From: an uncultured bacterium
GTDB taxonomy: Bacteria > Bipolaricaulota > Bipolaricaulia > UBA7950 > UBA9294
Reading direction: 5' to 3'
Assembly: GCA_913009415.1 (NCBI GenBank)
Contig: CAJVYM010000002.1
Location: 1 to 55,499, forward strand
Length of the DNA stretch: 55,499 nucleotides
A program made the position numbers and the translations under genes. Of the stretch, positions 55,366 to 55,499 are shown piece by piece. A model generated the notes under the pieces. That model searched no databases and was not told where the DNA came from. It saw nothing but the letters and a program-made list of their open reading frames with translations. Position 1 is the stretch's first letter; the number at the start of each line of letters is the position of its first letter.

Positions 55366-55499
55366 AGATCGGAAGAGCACACGTCTGAACTCCAGTCACA
55401 CTGATATATCTCGTATGCCGACTTCTGCTTGCAAAAAAAAAGTCACACTCATATATCTCGTATCCCGTCTTCTCCTTAAAATACAGATTGCAACACTTT
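55366..55499. other. Illumina TruSeq adapter read-through (non-biological sequence)
   Basis: AGATCGGAAGAGCACACGTCTGAACTCCAGTCAC + ACTGATAT + ATCTCGTATGCCGaCTTCTGCTTG, then poly-A. A second error-ridden partial copy follows (GTCACACTCATATATCTCGTATCCCGTCTTCTCCTT). Confidence 0.93.

Overview
The window looks like a metagenome-type contig from a high-G+C, strongly Shine-Dalgarno-using anaerobic bacterium. My guess is Chloroflexota- or Bipolaricaulota-like, which I cannot verify without a search.

Both ends are assembly boundaries. The 5' end starts inside an IS630-family transposase. The last ~134 nt are Illumina TruSeq adapter read-through that truncates mvhD and supplies a false stop codon.

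Gene content, left to right:
1. A mobile/TA debris patch holds the IS630 fragment, a frameshifted IS1380 transposase, and a DUF433 gene with a decayed DUF5615 partner.
2. A SAM methyltransferase precedes a 1048-aa DUF559-nuclease/UvrD-helicase fusion that is translationally coupled to csaB and rsmH.
3. An AT-richer three-gene cassette (small helical protein, minimal nucleotidyltransferase, acidic 174-aa protein) sits antisense between rsmH and ftsL-ftsI.
4. Core metabolism follows: dcd-thyX, xpt-guaA, a complete pyrB-I-C-F-K-D-E operon, mnmG, tpiA, pgsA and coaE.
5. There is a 1092-aa DUF11/PKD/lamin-tail surface protein.
6. apbE-rnfCDGEAB lies on the minus strand.
7. An accessory patch contains degenerate repeats, a stand-alone archaeal-type ThrRS-editing-domain homologue, a MITE-like inverted repeat and a decayed integrase.
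8. A Cys-rich MerR/HspR-like regulator precedes a consensus promoter that drives an unusual Hdr cluster. The cluster is a 1478-aa double HdrA with an inserted NfnB/GltD-like NAD(P)H module, then hdrC, hdrB, a 1011-aa paralogous double HdrA, and mvhD.

I saw no rRNA, tRNA or CRISPR array. All calls rest on motif recognition by eye and manual translation; no searches were run.
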